DNA of 64,000 nucleotides, from NCBI GenBank assembly GCA_030699125.1, contig JAUYKM010000009.1, positions 291,365 through 355,364 on the forward strand, written 5' to 3'. Shown piece by piece: positions 1-9,668 of this stretch; position 1 is the first letter of the stretch, and the number at the start of each line of letters is the position of its first letter. Source of the DNA: Candidatus Daviesbacteria bacterium (GTDB lineage: Bacteria > Patescibacteriota > Microgenomatia > Daviesbacterales > UBA10151). The notes below the pieces were generated by a model. The model made no database searches. It was given only the letters and a program-made list of their open reading frames with translations, and was not told where the DNA came from. A program made the position numbers and the translations under genes.

Positions 1-42
1 CTTCTACTCAACAAAGGAATTAATAGAAATAATTGGTTTGTT

Positions 43-507
43 TTGCTTGCTCCCTCCGGATTATTGATTTATTCTTTTTATTTATATCTGAATGTTGGCG
101 ATCCATTTTATTTTGTGACAGTGGAACAACATTGGCAAAGAAGTATAACAATTCCTGCCAGGGCATTTTTTATCACCTTAAATAATATGTTGTATCCTGG
201 ATATCTGCTAAGCCGCTATGGCCAATTTTGGGATTTGCTATTTACAGCACTGGGATTGGGTTTAATTATAATGAATTTTAAAAAACTTCCTAAAGACTTT
301 GCCATATTCAGCTTAATATCGATTGGTTTGCCTCTTGCCTCGCCAACCATTGAGGCTATTCCACGCTATCTTCTGCCTATATTCCCAATTTTTATTTTAA
401 TCGCATTAATAAAAAATCCCTATCTTTCATTTGCCTACCAAATATTTGGCGTAACGCTATTAGCATTTTATGCAACTTTGTTTATTAATGGATATTGGGT
501 AAGTTAG
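43..507 (+). CDS. GT-C fold (PIG-V/mannosyltransferase-like) membrane glycosyltransferase, 3' part; true start probably upstream of the window
   Basis: Multi-TM protein with 'GDPFYF..EQHWQR', 'PRYLLPIFP' and terminal 'F.NGYWV' motifs. Confidence 0.6.
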   Translation: MLAPSGLLIYSFYLYLNVGDPFYFVTVEQHWQRSITIPARAFFITLNNMLYPGYLLSRYGQFWDLLFTALGLGLIIMNFKKLPKDFAIFSLISIGLPLASPTIEAIPRYLLPIFPIFILIALIKNPYLSFAYQIFGVTLLAFYATLFINGYWVS

Positions 508-1247
508 GGGCTAAAAATAACTCTTCTGGAAACCTCTGTGGTATTACTGGCTCTATCTTGCGCTTTAATATTAAAATTATTTTCACCGTCGTTAAGTTGG
601 ACAATGGTTTTAAATTTTCCTTCATGATCAACGATTGATTGACTGTCATTAATAAATATCAAAGCACCCTCTTCGGTTAAACCACTAATTGTGAGTTGCC
701 TTTTTCCTTGAATTTGTTGGCCATCTGCAGGTTCAAATATTTCTAAGGGAGGTTTCTCATTATCATATATTACTTTTTGTGTTTTCGAAGGAAGGCTTTT
801 TTTGCCGTCTTCATCTACTGTTTGTCCATAGAAATTATTAGTACCCAAGCTTAGAGGAATATTTTCAAACCTGAATGTGCTATCAGCAAAGGCTCTGGCA
901 GTTTCTATTAACTTACCATCAAGGTAAAGTTCTACTTCAGAGTTGGAGACAGCGAAACCATTTATGCTAATTGTGGAAGTATTGGTGGCCTCGTAAGGGA
1001 TTATTAACTCAGGTGGGGCAAGGGTTGCAGATTCAATTTGATCCTCCTTTAAAGCAGAAGGGGGGTTAAAAAAATTGGTAATTAAACCTAAACCGCCAAT
1101 AAAGTTGGGGAGAATCCAATTAATTGAGGCATAAGCAAAAATAGCCACAAAAATCAGAGTGATAATAAGGTTGACCTGACTCTTTTTAGCCTGTCTTCTG
1201 ATAATGCGTCTTCTATACATAATGAGATATACCTTTAGTATAAACAA
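504..1247 (-). CDS. Membrane-anchored protein with two Ig-like beta-sandwich domains
   Basis: N-terminal TM helix, then repeated 'L..G.NNF...A.D..GN' Ig-fold pattern. Confidence 0.6.
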   Translation of the reverse strand: MFILKVYLIMYRRRIIRRQAKKSQVNLIITLIFVAIFAYASINWILPNFIGGLGLITNFFNPPSALKEDQIESATLAPPELIIPYEATNTSTISINGFAVSNSEVELYLDGKLIETARAFADSTFRFENIPLSLGTNNFYGQTVDEDGKKSLPSKTQKVIYDNEKPPLEIFEPADGQQIQGKRQLTISGLTEEGALIFINDSQSIVDHEGKFKTIVQLNDGENNFNIKAQDRASNTTEVSRRVIFSP

Positions 1248-1289
1248 TTTATCGTAAGTTTGCTAAAATATTACCTGTTGAGACACTAT

Positions 1290-1360
1290 GCGGGATTAGT
1301 ATAGTGGTAATACGCTACCTTCCCAAGGTAGAGCCGCCGGTCCGATTCCGGTATCCCGCT
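1290..1360 (+). tRNA. tRNA-Gly(CCC)
   Basis: Cloverleaf with acceptor GCGGGAT/ATCCCGC, anticodon arm CTACC-TTCCCAA-GGTAG and T arm GCCGG-TCCGATT-CCGGT. Confidence 0.92.
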
Positions 1361-2855
1361 CTGAATGGGATTTCGCAGGGTTGAAAATTTTCTGACTCTG
1401 CGCGGGTGGGGGCGCGCAGAGTGCTGCAAAGCCCTGATTGTAGCTGACTTCAAGGTGCCGATTAGTCAAAAAGTAGTTCGAGCCGACAGTTTTTGACAAG
1501 AATGCTAATTCTTGGCTTGTATTTTTTGCGCGCGCGATTTTTGCGCACGAAAGTGCGCTACCAATGAAGTTTTTGAACGGTTCGAGCCGACTCGAACCTT
1601 CTGTTTGAATTTTGGTAATTTCCTCATTTTTTCTTAACTTTTCTTCAAAAAGTTCGTTCTTTTTATTCTTGTAAGTTTGAGCATCAACAACACCATCTAA
1701 GTAACTATCAAGTAATATATTTAATTTTTGATCCAGCAGTTGTATTTCTTCTACTAACCTCTTTAGGTTTTGATCTTTATTTTGTTTTTCTAAAAGCTCA
1801 TCCCTTTCCAGCCATTTATACCAATCATCCGCCCACTTTTCAGGCAGAGCTGCATCTGAGACAATCTTTGTTATTTGCGACTCTAATTCAACTTCTGTGA
1901 TCGGTTTTTGAGAGCAAGAGCCAAGTTTTTTAGTACAACTGTAGTAAGTATATTCAACTTTCACTCCCAAGGATTTAACTAATTTAAATTTCTTTTCTCC
2001 AGTCACACTTGCACCGCATTCTCCACACCTTACCAGCCCTAAATACGAGAGATTATGCTTATTATATTTAGGCCTAGATATTATCTTGAACTGTTTTTGT
2101 ACTCGATCAAACAGCTGCTTAGAAATGAACAACTTATGTGTTCCATCATAATATTCTCCTCCATAATAGATAATTCCAATGTAGAATTTATTACTTAAAG
2201 CATTTTTAAGCCTGTCTATTTTTAAAGGATTTCCAAATTTATCGCTAAATCCATTTTTATGAAGAAACAAACAGATATCAGTAAATGTTTTATCACCATC
2301 TGCAAAATACTCAAAAGCTTTTCTTAAAATCCTGGATTTTTCAGGATCAATCTCTATAGTTCCCAATTTTTCATTATTTATATATCCCCAAGGAGCTTTG
2401 GCGGGCAAGACACCATTCCTTAGCTTTTGTCTTAAACCTCTTTTAACATTCTCACTTAAGTTGTCTATGTAATATTTAGACTGACCAAAGGAAATATTTA
2501 ACATAAACTTTCCTTGAGGGGTATTTTCAAACCAAGAGGTAGGAAATTTTAAATCTAACAACTGACCAGTATCTAAAAGATAAATTATTTTTCCTCCATC
2601 AATTGAATTTCTAGCTAATCTATCCGGGTGCCAAGAGATAATACCTTGTGCTTGCCCTTTTTCAACTAACTGTAAAAGTCTTTCAAACTGTTTTCTACCC
2701 GGAGTTTTGGCAGTCTTTGCTTCTTCAATAAATTCAACTATCTCCAAGCCCTCACGTTGGGCAAATTCGGTTAGTTCATCAACTTGTGCCTCTATGGAGA
2801 GAATTTGTTTATCAGCCTCATCTGTTGATTTTCTGCAGTATGCTATATATTTCAT
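1296..2855 (-). CDS. Large serine recombinase/integrase (resolvase + recombinase + Zn-ribbon + coiled coil)
   Basis: YCRKST catalytic Ser motif, DRLARN, CGECG...YYSC Zn ribbon. The last ~21 codons are the antisense of tRNA-Gly. Confidence 0.95.
   Translation of the reverse strand: MKYIAYCRKSTDEADKQILSIEAQVDELTEFAQREGLEIVEFIEEAKTAKTPGRKQFERLLQLVEKGQAQGIISWHPDRLARNSIDGGKIIYLLDTGQLLDLKFPTSWFENTPQGKFMLNISFGQSKYYIDNLSENVKRGLRQKLRNGVLPAKAPWGYINNEKLGTIEIDPEKSRILRKAFEYFADGDKTFTDICLFLHKNGFSDKFGNPLKIDRLKNALSNKFYIGIIYYGGEYYDGTHKLFISKQLFDRVQKQFKIISRPKYNKHNLSYLGLVRCGECGASVTGEKKFKLVKSLGVKVEYTYYSCTKKLGSCSQKPITEVELESQITKIVSDAALPEKWADDWYKWLERDELLEKQNKDQNLKRLVEEIQLLDQKLNILLDSYLDGVVDAQTYKNKKNELFEEKLRKNEEITKIQTEGSSRLEPFKNFIGSALSCAKIARAKNTSQELAFLSKTVGSNYFLTNRHLEVSYNQGFAALCAPPPAQSQKIFNPAKSHSERDTGIGPAALPWEGSVLPLY
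1358..1460. repeat. 103-bp perfect inverted repeat, arm 1 (pairs with 2960-3062)
   Basis: Base-by-base reverse complement of 2960-3062; contains the hairpin ACTCTGCGCG-N8-CGCGCAGAGT. Confidence 0.97.
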
Positions 2856-2959
2856 GGCAGCGTTACTATTTTTCTTTCCCTCCTAAAAGGAAAAGTTCTT
2901 TCTTTCTAAAACATAAATTTTTGCGTGCGCTTAATCGTTTTTTGTTTTCTTTTTTACTA

Positions 2960-3163
2960 CGGCACCTTGAAGTCAGCTACAATCAGGGCTTTGCAGCACT
3001 CTGCGCGCCCCCACCCGCGCAGAGTCAGAAAATTTTCAACCCTGCGAAATCCCATTCAGAGCTCGTTTACGAAAGCGCTCGAACTCAATTCCAATCGACG
3101 CATTAGTTGTCGGCGCCCAGCTCACGTTCGGTCCCAACCTTTTTATTTAATCCCTACCTTTTC
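2960..3163. repeat. Intact internal attP-like copy in inverted orientation
   Basis: 2960-3062 is the reverse complement of 1358-1460. 3058-3163 is the reverse complement of 10899-11004 with ~3 mismatches. The + strand encodes the native integrase tail ...KSHSELVYESARTQFQSTH*. Confidence 0.9.
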
Positions 3164-3256
3164 CGAAGCTCTGAAACTGGAGGCTCGAACATCCCGCACC
3201 AACTGGTGCGTGATACAAAAAACGCAAAAATTTTAAAGAACTTTTCGCACCCTAAA

Positions 3257-4705
3257 TTATGTACTTATCCAAAATGTATTTATTACACTATCTCCGATAA
3301 ACTCAGCAAGCTGTCCTGTAGGTTTTTGTTCCCCGATACACTTACCAACTCTTACTGTCCAATTAGGACCAGTAGGATCTAATATTTCAGACAATGGATC
3401 AATGACTTCTTTTATATCCTCATTTTTCCTGTCCCAAGTGTCACAGGTGGAAAGCCTATCACTTTTTTTACCATGTCTTTTACTGGAAGCAGCTTCTTTA
3501 ATTTTTGTTTTTGCAGTCTCCCAATCTAAACTTAATTTTTTCAGTACCTCATCTGTTATAAAAAGATTTTCTGACTCTCTACAAGATAGTTTTAAATACT
3601 TTATGTGTTTTTGAGGATTTTGAGATGTATTCTGTGGATGAGTAGCATCGCCATCTATTAAAGCGTATCCAGCGGCGTTCGTAGATGTGCTCCTCATACT
3701 CTCAAAAAGTTTTTCAAGAGTTTTTTGGTATTCATGTATTTCCTGACCATCACAGGGAATAGCTGCTAATTTAACTTTGTGATGTCTAGGGACTTGGCTC
3801 CATATTTTATAGTCATCGTCTCCTTCAACTAACATTAAAGGTGCTCCAAAAAGGGGACCCATTAACGCATGCCCACCTAAACAGGTAGCTAATTCTTGGA
3901 GGGCACTTTCAAACTTAATAGCTTTTTGTTCTTGGACAGAATTATTTAAGTATATTGCGCTCGTATTTTCTCCACCATGGTGTCCTAGAGCAGCTAAAAG
4001 GGTAGTGCTATGAGTAGCAATAATTATTTGTGCGTTATACTTTTCCATTAGCTCAACTAAAAATCCTGCTAAATGTTGTTGAAGATCTGGGTGGAGATGG
4101 GTATCCGGTTCATCAATAAGAAGTAATCTTGTGCTTTGATTCTCAAGTTGCCAAATAGAACATATAGTTAGTAAATCTAAACCTAATGCTAACATTTCAG
4201 TTTCTCCACTACTAAGCTGATCCTTGCTTGAAATTACTTCATCTGTTGATACTCTTTTTAATTCAAAAAAGGGATTTTCTGGTTTTAATTTGAAACTAAA
4301 ATCTGGAAAGAGCTTAATCATTAACTCCGCAATGTCTTTAACTGGTGAATCTACCTTACCTTCCTCAAAATAATAACCCCTTTTGGTAAGATAGGTGTTA
4401 ATTCTTGAGATAACCCTTTCTCTAAACTGAAGTGATAAATTACTTTGTCTATTGGAAGCTCTTGTGGAGGCTGCGACTTCTTGGAGAGCAAAATCAGAGT
4501 TAAATTGTAGTTCACCCGCTCTTTCTGGAGATGTTAAATGACGAGCGTTATGGTCAGCATTGAGTAAAGCTCTTAATAATGCACTTTTGCCTGAACCATT
4601 TCTACCGAAGAGGACAGTTATATCAGTTAGATTTTTCAGAATCCACTTATCCCCACCTAAATGGGGTGGTCTTTGTGCTTCTAATTGGTCAAAATATAAA
4701 GACAT
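3257..4705 (-). CDS. OLD-family-like ATP-dependent nuclease (ABC ATPase + TOPRIM), putative defence protein
   Basis: Walker A GRNGSGKS, signature LSSGE, Walker B LLLIDEPD, H-loop ATHS; TOPRIM VEGDDD, LIDGD and ESENL. Confidence 0.82.
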   Translation of the reverse strand: MSLYFDQLEAQRPPHLGGDKWILKNLTDITVLFGRNGSGKSALLRALLNADHNARHLTSPERAGELQFNSDFALQEVAASTRASNRQSNLSLQFRERVISRINTYLTKRGYYFEEGKVDSPVKDIAELMIKLFPDFSFKLKPENPFFELKRVSTDEVISSKDQLSSGETEMLALGLDLLTICSIWQLENQSTRLLLIDEPDTHLHPDLQQHLAGFLVELMEKYNAQIIIATHSTTLLAALGHHGGENTSAIYLNNSVQEQKAIKFESALQELATCLGGHALMGPLFGAPLMLVEGDDDYKIWSQVPRHHKVKLAAIPCDGQEIHEYQKTLEKLFESMRSTSTNAAGYALIDGDATHPQNTSQNPQKHIKYLKLSCRESENLFITDEVLKKLSLDWETAKTKIKEAASSKRHGKKSDRLSTCDTWDRKNEDIKEVIDPLSEILDPTGPNWTVRVGKCIGEQKPTGQLAEFIGDSVINTFWIST

Positions 4706-4707
4706 AC

Positions 4708-5184
4708 TTATTTTTTTCTAGTTTCTTCTAAAATATTTCTTACAATAGCTGAAGTATTAGAATTTTGTTTAATCGCTTCTTCCTTAAGCCATTTTGCTTG
4801 GCTTTTTGTAACTACAAGATTTAAACGTGTCAAAGAGTCAGATATGAATTGGGGATTTCCTAACTCTATTCCGTGCGCACTAGTGGCTTTTAATCCGTTT
4901 TCTCTGGGTACTGTATTTCCGGATTCTTGAAATCTTTTCTGGATAATATCTAGGGCAAATCTGCTAGCCCCTTCATCGCTAAATTTGTATTTATTATCTT
5001 CAAGATACTCTTGTGACACCCAAACCTCATATTCTTTTATGAGCCCAGCCGCTGTTTTTGGTAGAGTAGAATAAATCTTTAAAATTACCCTGTACCCGTC
5101 AACTCCTGGTCCAATTTTTCCCACGTAGTCAATCTTTACTTCAACACCTTCTGTTAAAATTATTGTTTGGTTATCAGCTGTCAT
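4708..5184 (-). CDS. Hypothetical protein with C-terminal ribbon-helix-helix domain
   Basis: C-terminal 'TRLNLVVTKSQAKWLKEEA...SAIVRNILEE' fits RHH; likely start MTADNQ just downstream of a TATACT -10 box. Confidence 0.6.
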   Translation of the reverse strand: MTADNQTIILTEGVEVKIDYVGKIGPGVDGYRVILKIYSTLPKTAAGLIKEYEVWVSQEYLEDNKYKFSDEGASRFALDIIQKRFQESGNTVPRENGLKATSAHGIELGNPQFISDSLTRLNLVVTKSQAKWLKEEAIKQNSNTSAIVRNILEETRKK

Positions 5185-5325
5185 AAAAATAAGTATAACA
5201 TACTTGCGCAACTACGCAATAACTTAAATTCCAAAGAATATACTAAGTAAGTATGTTCTAACTTGACGAGTGAGTATTCACTTTTCTATCATTTGTTAAC
5301 TTAAGTTAGAAGTTTAAAACAAGAA

Positions 5326-8300
5326 TCATGAGGCCATTAATCTGTCCCACTCCCTTTGCATATCTAAAATAACTCTTTCCTCTTGAGTAATTGTATTTCC
5401 TGTTTCTAATTTATTAGCTATTTGTGAAACTCGATCTATAACGGTTACAAATAAAGATTGCATAGCATGTCTGAAATCATTCTCATGATCTAAGGCCCTA
5501 TTATGTGCTACTTCATGGACAAATGCACTTATTGCTTCAGTAAATTGGGTATTAAATAATGACTCGTGCATTCCGATAGCTTTTTGGCCTAGATTAATAC
5601 CTTTACTCCCAGTACCATTGTATAAAAATAAGTCATTTGGTAAAGCAACACCCGTAGCAAATTGGGTATAAAGCCTTAGTAATCCTAATTGAGCTAGTTG
5701 ACGCTCATTCGGACTCAAAACAATTTCAAAATCGTCAACTTCATCCTCTGCAGGGTTCATTCGCTCGACGATATTTTTTAATTTACCTCTCAAAGCACCT
5801 AATATCTGATCTTCTGGAGATTGTTCTCTTGTGACATCAACGCTAGCAATTTCTGCTTGGTTTTGTTCGTTTATCAATTCAAGCAAATGTTTTCCTGTAA
5901 GATATCCAGCACTTTCTCCTAACTGACCATAAAATTGGTCAGATTGTCGCCATTGAATATATTTCTAAATTGCGCTTTGCCCAGTAGGAGCTTCATGTTT
6001 AATTTCAGGAACTAATTCTTCTAATTTATTTACTGCTTCAACAATGCCTGGTAATTGAGCTTCCATTTGTGCTACTCGTGCTTTTTCAGCATCCGACATA
6101 GATGCTTCTTTTTGGACAATACTACCTTTCCCTTCAATCTCTGGTGCTTCAGGTTGTGATACTGGTACACGACCAAATTCCTGTTTTAGTTGCTCCCTTT
6201 GTTGAATAATAAGTCTTTCTTGATCTGATAGTTCAGTGGGATTTTTTCTCATTGCTGCTTGATAAAGCTGTTCTTGTTCAGAAGTCCATGCTTTTACTTC
6301 AATAGCTCTGATAATATCTACTTCAACTACTCCTTTGCTTCCATTTTCAGTTGGTAGCGTAATAACCTCACCAATTGGTGCTGTACCTTCTCGAAATCCT
6401 CCTAGTGGAAGTGGCTGACCTGGCTCTATTTGACTTCTAGCCCTGCGAAATGCTTCTTGAAAAGATTGAAAGTATGAGTCGTCTAATTCTACTTCTACAA
6501 ATAACCCTTCTTCGCTCTCGTTTTTAACATTACGTGCGAGTAGAACATTCTCTTGAGTTACAGAATCATAATCTAATCCAAATGTAGTAACAAACTCACC
6601 TTGAGATGTAAAAATTTTCTTAAAAAGTCTATTTTCTAATCCATATGCTGCAATACCGCGTAATAAATATAAAAGTTTTTGATCATCTTCTTTAGGTTTA
6701 ATTAGAGCATGAAAAAGAAGATCTCTTGGAACTTCTCCTCTTAGTCTTAATCTGATTGTGTTAGGATTGCCTTCTCTCTGTTCAACTGCAATAACTTGAG
6801 AAGATAACCGATCACTTATAAGACGAATGAATCCTGCTGGATCTTTGACATCAGGAAAATCTTCATGAGCAACTTCCATTCCATATTCTTGAGCAAACTG
6901 TTCTTTTCTATATTGAGGAATTGTAGGTGCTTCGTTACTAGCTGCTTCAACTGTACTGAGCTTACTACTCGCCTTGGGCATTCCTATAGATTCCATATAG
7001 GAAGGGCAAACAACATAGCCTTGTTTTTCTAATTCTTTGACTTGATTATCACTTACACCACGATCCCAAGCTATGTAATTCTTTCCCTCAAAAAGTTGTT
7101 GATACCCTCTTTTGTCATATCCCTTATAGGGTAATTGCTTTGCTAATTTTTCAATTACTACAAACGCTCCTTGCCTGTCGAAGCTATATCCAGAATCAAC
7201 ATGTCCTGCCCACAAGAATTCAGAACGTCTAATTTGTTCAACAAGATCATCTTTTGACATTGCTCCTACCATTTCATCAAGATAGCGGCCAAGATCAAAA
7301 GGACTTACAGGTGGTCTATCTATACTCATTCTATATTTCAGATTATTTAGTTGAATTGTTACTTGCTCTGGTCCCACCCAATAATCTTCAGCAGTATCAC
7401 CCTTATCTTTAAAATTCATAACTTGGCCATTAATAAATAAGCGACCTTTAGTGGGTTCTAAACCTTCAGATTTTGGAAGCCATTTTATTGCCCCAAACCT
7501 ATTTTGGTAATCCATATTTTGTAAATAAGGATTTTCAGCAGATACTCCTAAAGTTGGAACTTGTTGAAGTGCTCTTATCACTTCTGCATTATCAGTTTCT
7601 ATGATATAGGTATTGCGACCGGTTCGTTGTGCTTCTTGCATATCAGCAAGCAACCAATCATGTTTTACTATATGAGCAGGGTTTTGACCATGCAAACTCT
7701 CCCATTCTCTATTAACATCAGCCGCTTTTGCTAATCTATAATCTACTGTCCATCCTTCCCCCTGGATCTGGAACTTCTGTACTCCAAAGTCTCGCATAAA
7801 ACGAATAGCAGTCTGTTTAAGCCCAATTCCGTTTCCCCCTGCAGTATTCATGTTCGCTGGTTTTTCAGAATGAGGACTTAAAACTCCTGTGGGATCTTCG
7901 AAAGGCCAGTTTCCTTCTATACGAAAACGTTTACCGCCACCTGGTAGATCTTCAGCTATAAATCTTACTCCGTTCAAAGTACCTGGTGCTTGAGGATTAT
8001 GATCTACAAAATTTTGTACAAGTTCCCTAGTTAGCCATGCAGAATTGTACTCATCTCTTGACTTATCTAAGAAGCTGTCAGTTGCTATTGGCTGCGTATC
8101 AACGCCGCGTTCTCTAAAGAAATATTGTAATAACTTTTGATCAGTTATAACTCCCTCTATCTTTGCTCCATTACCATTTTCTGCAGTTAGAGCAGGAGGA
8201 GATTCAGGTTCGGCCGGTGGCTGTGTTAGTTGAGGTGTTTGCTCGGTTGGTTCACCTGCAACATTAGGATTTGCAGTCGGTTCGCCTCTCTTACCAAAAA

Positions 8301-8397
8301 ATCTATCCCTTAATCCTGCAAATCTTGACTTTCCCCCTGCTGGTTCTGGATTTTCCGTAGTCATAGGTTCTGACATATTATATATCCATATTAGCAT
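5326..8397 (-). pseudogene. GHKL-type ATPase fused to a C-terminal HExxH metallopeptidase-like domain, interrupted by one in-frame TAG (5965-5967)
   Basis: ORFs 5965-8397 and 5326-5886 are in frame and bridged by 26 sense codons. Motifs RELVQNFVD, GGNGIGLK and FVHEVAH...DH...F. Confidence 0.72.
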
Positions 8398-8448
8398 AAT
8401 TTTGAGAGCGGCTATGCTATAATAATGCTATTAATAGTCAAGCTAAAT

Positions 8449-9336
8449 ATGGCCGGACAAGAACAATCACAATTTGTTAGTGCAGTAAAAAATGTTGGAG
8501 CCCCGGATGGTTCAACATTCGATATTTTAAGAGGTGCTCCAGAAGGAGTAGCTAATCTTAGAGGTAGTGCTTTAGTTAGAATGAGAGAAGTTGTCCAAGC
8601 AAATGAGCCAGAAATTCTCCACTATTTAAATGCAGGACCAGGAATATCCTCAGAGTATGCTATGTCCTCTGGAATCATGCATTCTAAGAAACCTGAGGTA
8701 AAGGCAGATTTAACTAGAGTTTCAATTGAGGAACATCTTGCAGAAGGAAACCGCTGGGGTGCAGTAGGAATACTTGCTTATGCACGAGCAGCAGAACTTC
8801 CTTTAACTGAATATGGTGAACCATTTGTAGCAGAGCAGTATGATACTGCATTGGGTGAAGGTGACCCTGGTGAAGCTTGGCATATTGCTCGAACTATGCT
8901 TTCCGAAGGAGATAAAATAGCAATCATAGAACCAGAAGCACAAGAGCGAGCTACACAAGCATGGACTGAAAGAGAAAAAAGAGCATTCGAACTTCATGCA
9001 GAAGATGTTTTGGCTAGAACTGAACAACCAGAAGGAATGAGAGAAGATTGGGAGCTACGTAATTTATTTGATGAGATGAGATTTCGGGAAGATGGCGGTT
9101 TTAATAGTGAAACTCCAAGTGATCTGGCTAGAAGAATTGCAGAGAAGGTAGTTAATCAAGATTTACAAACTAAAGGCAGAGAGTGGACTGCAATTATTGA
9201 TGCAACAGAAGCAAAAATGTCTGATGACTATATTGCTCAACTTAATAGCAGAGTTTCTCCTACAGCTATTGACAAAGTAAGAGGTTGGTGGAATGGAATT
9301 AGAGCCAAAATAGAGAAAATAATTCCTCCACAATAG
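8449..9336 (+). CDS. Hypothetical alpha-helical protein (island cargo)
   Basis: Long open ORF with no recognisable motif; likely start MAGQEQ. Confidence 0.6.
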   Translation: MAGQEQSQFVSAVKNVGAPDGSTFDILRGAPEGVANLRGSALVRMREVVQANEPEILHYLNAGPGISSEYAMSSGIMHSKKPEVKADLTRVSIEEHLAEGNRWGAVGILAYARAAELPLTEYGEPFVAEQYDTALGEGDPGEAWHIARTMLSEGDKIAIIEPEAQERATQAWTEREKRAFELHAEDVLARTEQPEGMREDWELRNLFDEMRFREDGGFNSETPSDLARRIAEKVVNQDLQTKGREWTAIIDATEAKMSDDYIAQLNSRVSPTAIDKVRGWWNGIRAKIEKIIPPQ

Positions 9337-9621
9337 CTAGTGGGTCTTCTTAGCTATAACTTTTTGTAATCCACCCTTACCGTATTTAATAATCTGTCCA
9401 ATTTTAGAAACAGTTGAGGTAGAAGTCCCAACTTTTCCTGCTATCTCATCATAGGTTTTTTCTTCTAAAATTAACTTTGCTATTTTTAACCTTTGGGCTA
9501 AATCCAAAATTTCTTCTTCAGTCAAAAGATCATCAATAAAATTAGCTAAATCTTTAGATTTTAATTTTCTTAAGGTATCAACTAATAATTTTCTATCTTT
9601 GTCTAAGTTAAGCTTTGTCAT
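9337..9621 (-). CDS. TrpR-like (YerC/YecD) HTH regulator
   Basis: 'FIDDLLTEEE...LAQRL.IAKL...TY.EIA...GTSTSTVS....IKYGKGG' is the YerC/TrpR pattern. Confidence 0.88.
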   Translation of the reverse strand: MTKLNLDKDRKLLVDTLRKLKSKDLANFIDDLLTEEEILDLAQRLKIAKLILEEKTYDEIAGKVGTSTSTVSKIGQIIKYGKGGLQKVIAKKTH

Positions 9622-9634
9622 AGTAACATTGTAG

Positions 9635-9654
9635 CGTTGTAGTATAGTACAACG
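9635..9654. promoter_or_regulatory. Palindromic operator candidate upstream of the TrpR-like gene
   Basis: CGTTGTA-N6-TACAACG dyad 14 nt upstream of the ATG. Confidence 0.5.
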
Positions 9655-9668
9655 TCATAACTTTTAAT

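Noticed and set aside
1341-1347. tRNA-Gly T loop TCCGATT instead of TTCGATT
   Set aside because: A single variant with all stems intact, upstream of the crossover; not enough to call a pseudo-tRNA.
2786-3382. ORFs 2786-3106, 2925-3236 and 3107-3382 on the + strand
   Set aside because: They are by-products of the duplicated attP. Only the integrase-tail segment is meaningful, and it has no credible start of its own.
5965-5967. Genome-wide stop-codon reassignment
   Set aside because: TAG, TGA and TAA all end conserved genes at expected positions (lemA TAG, gatA TGA, uvrA TAA).
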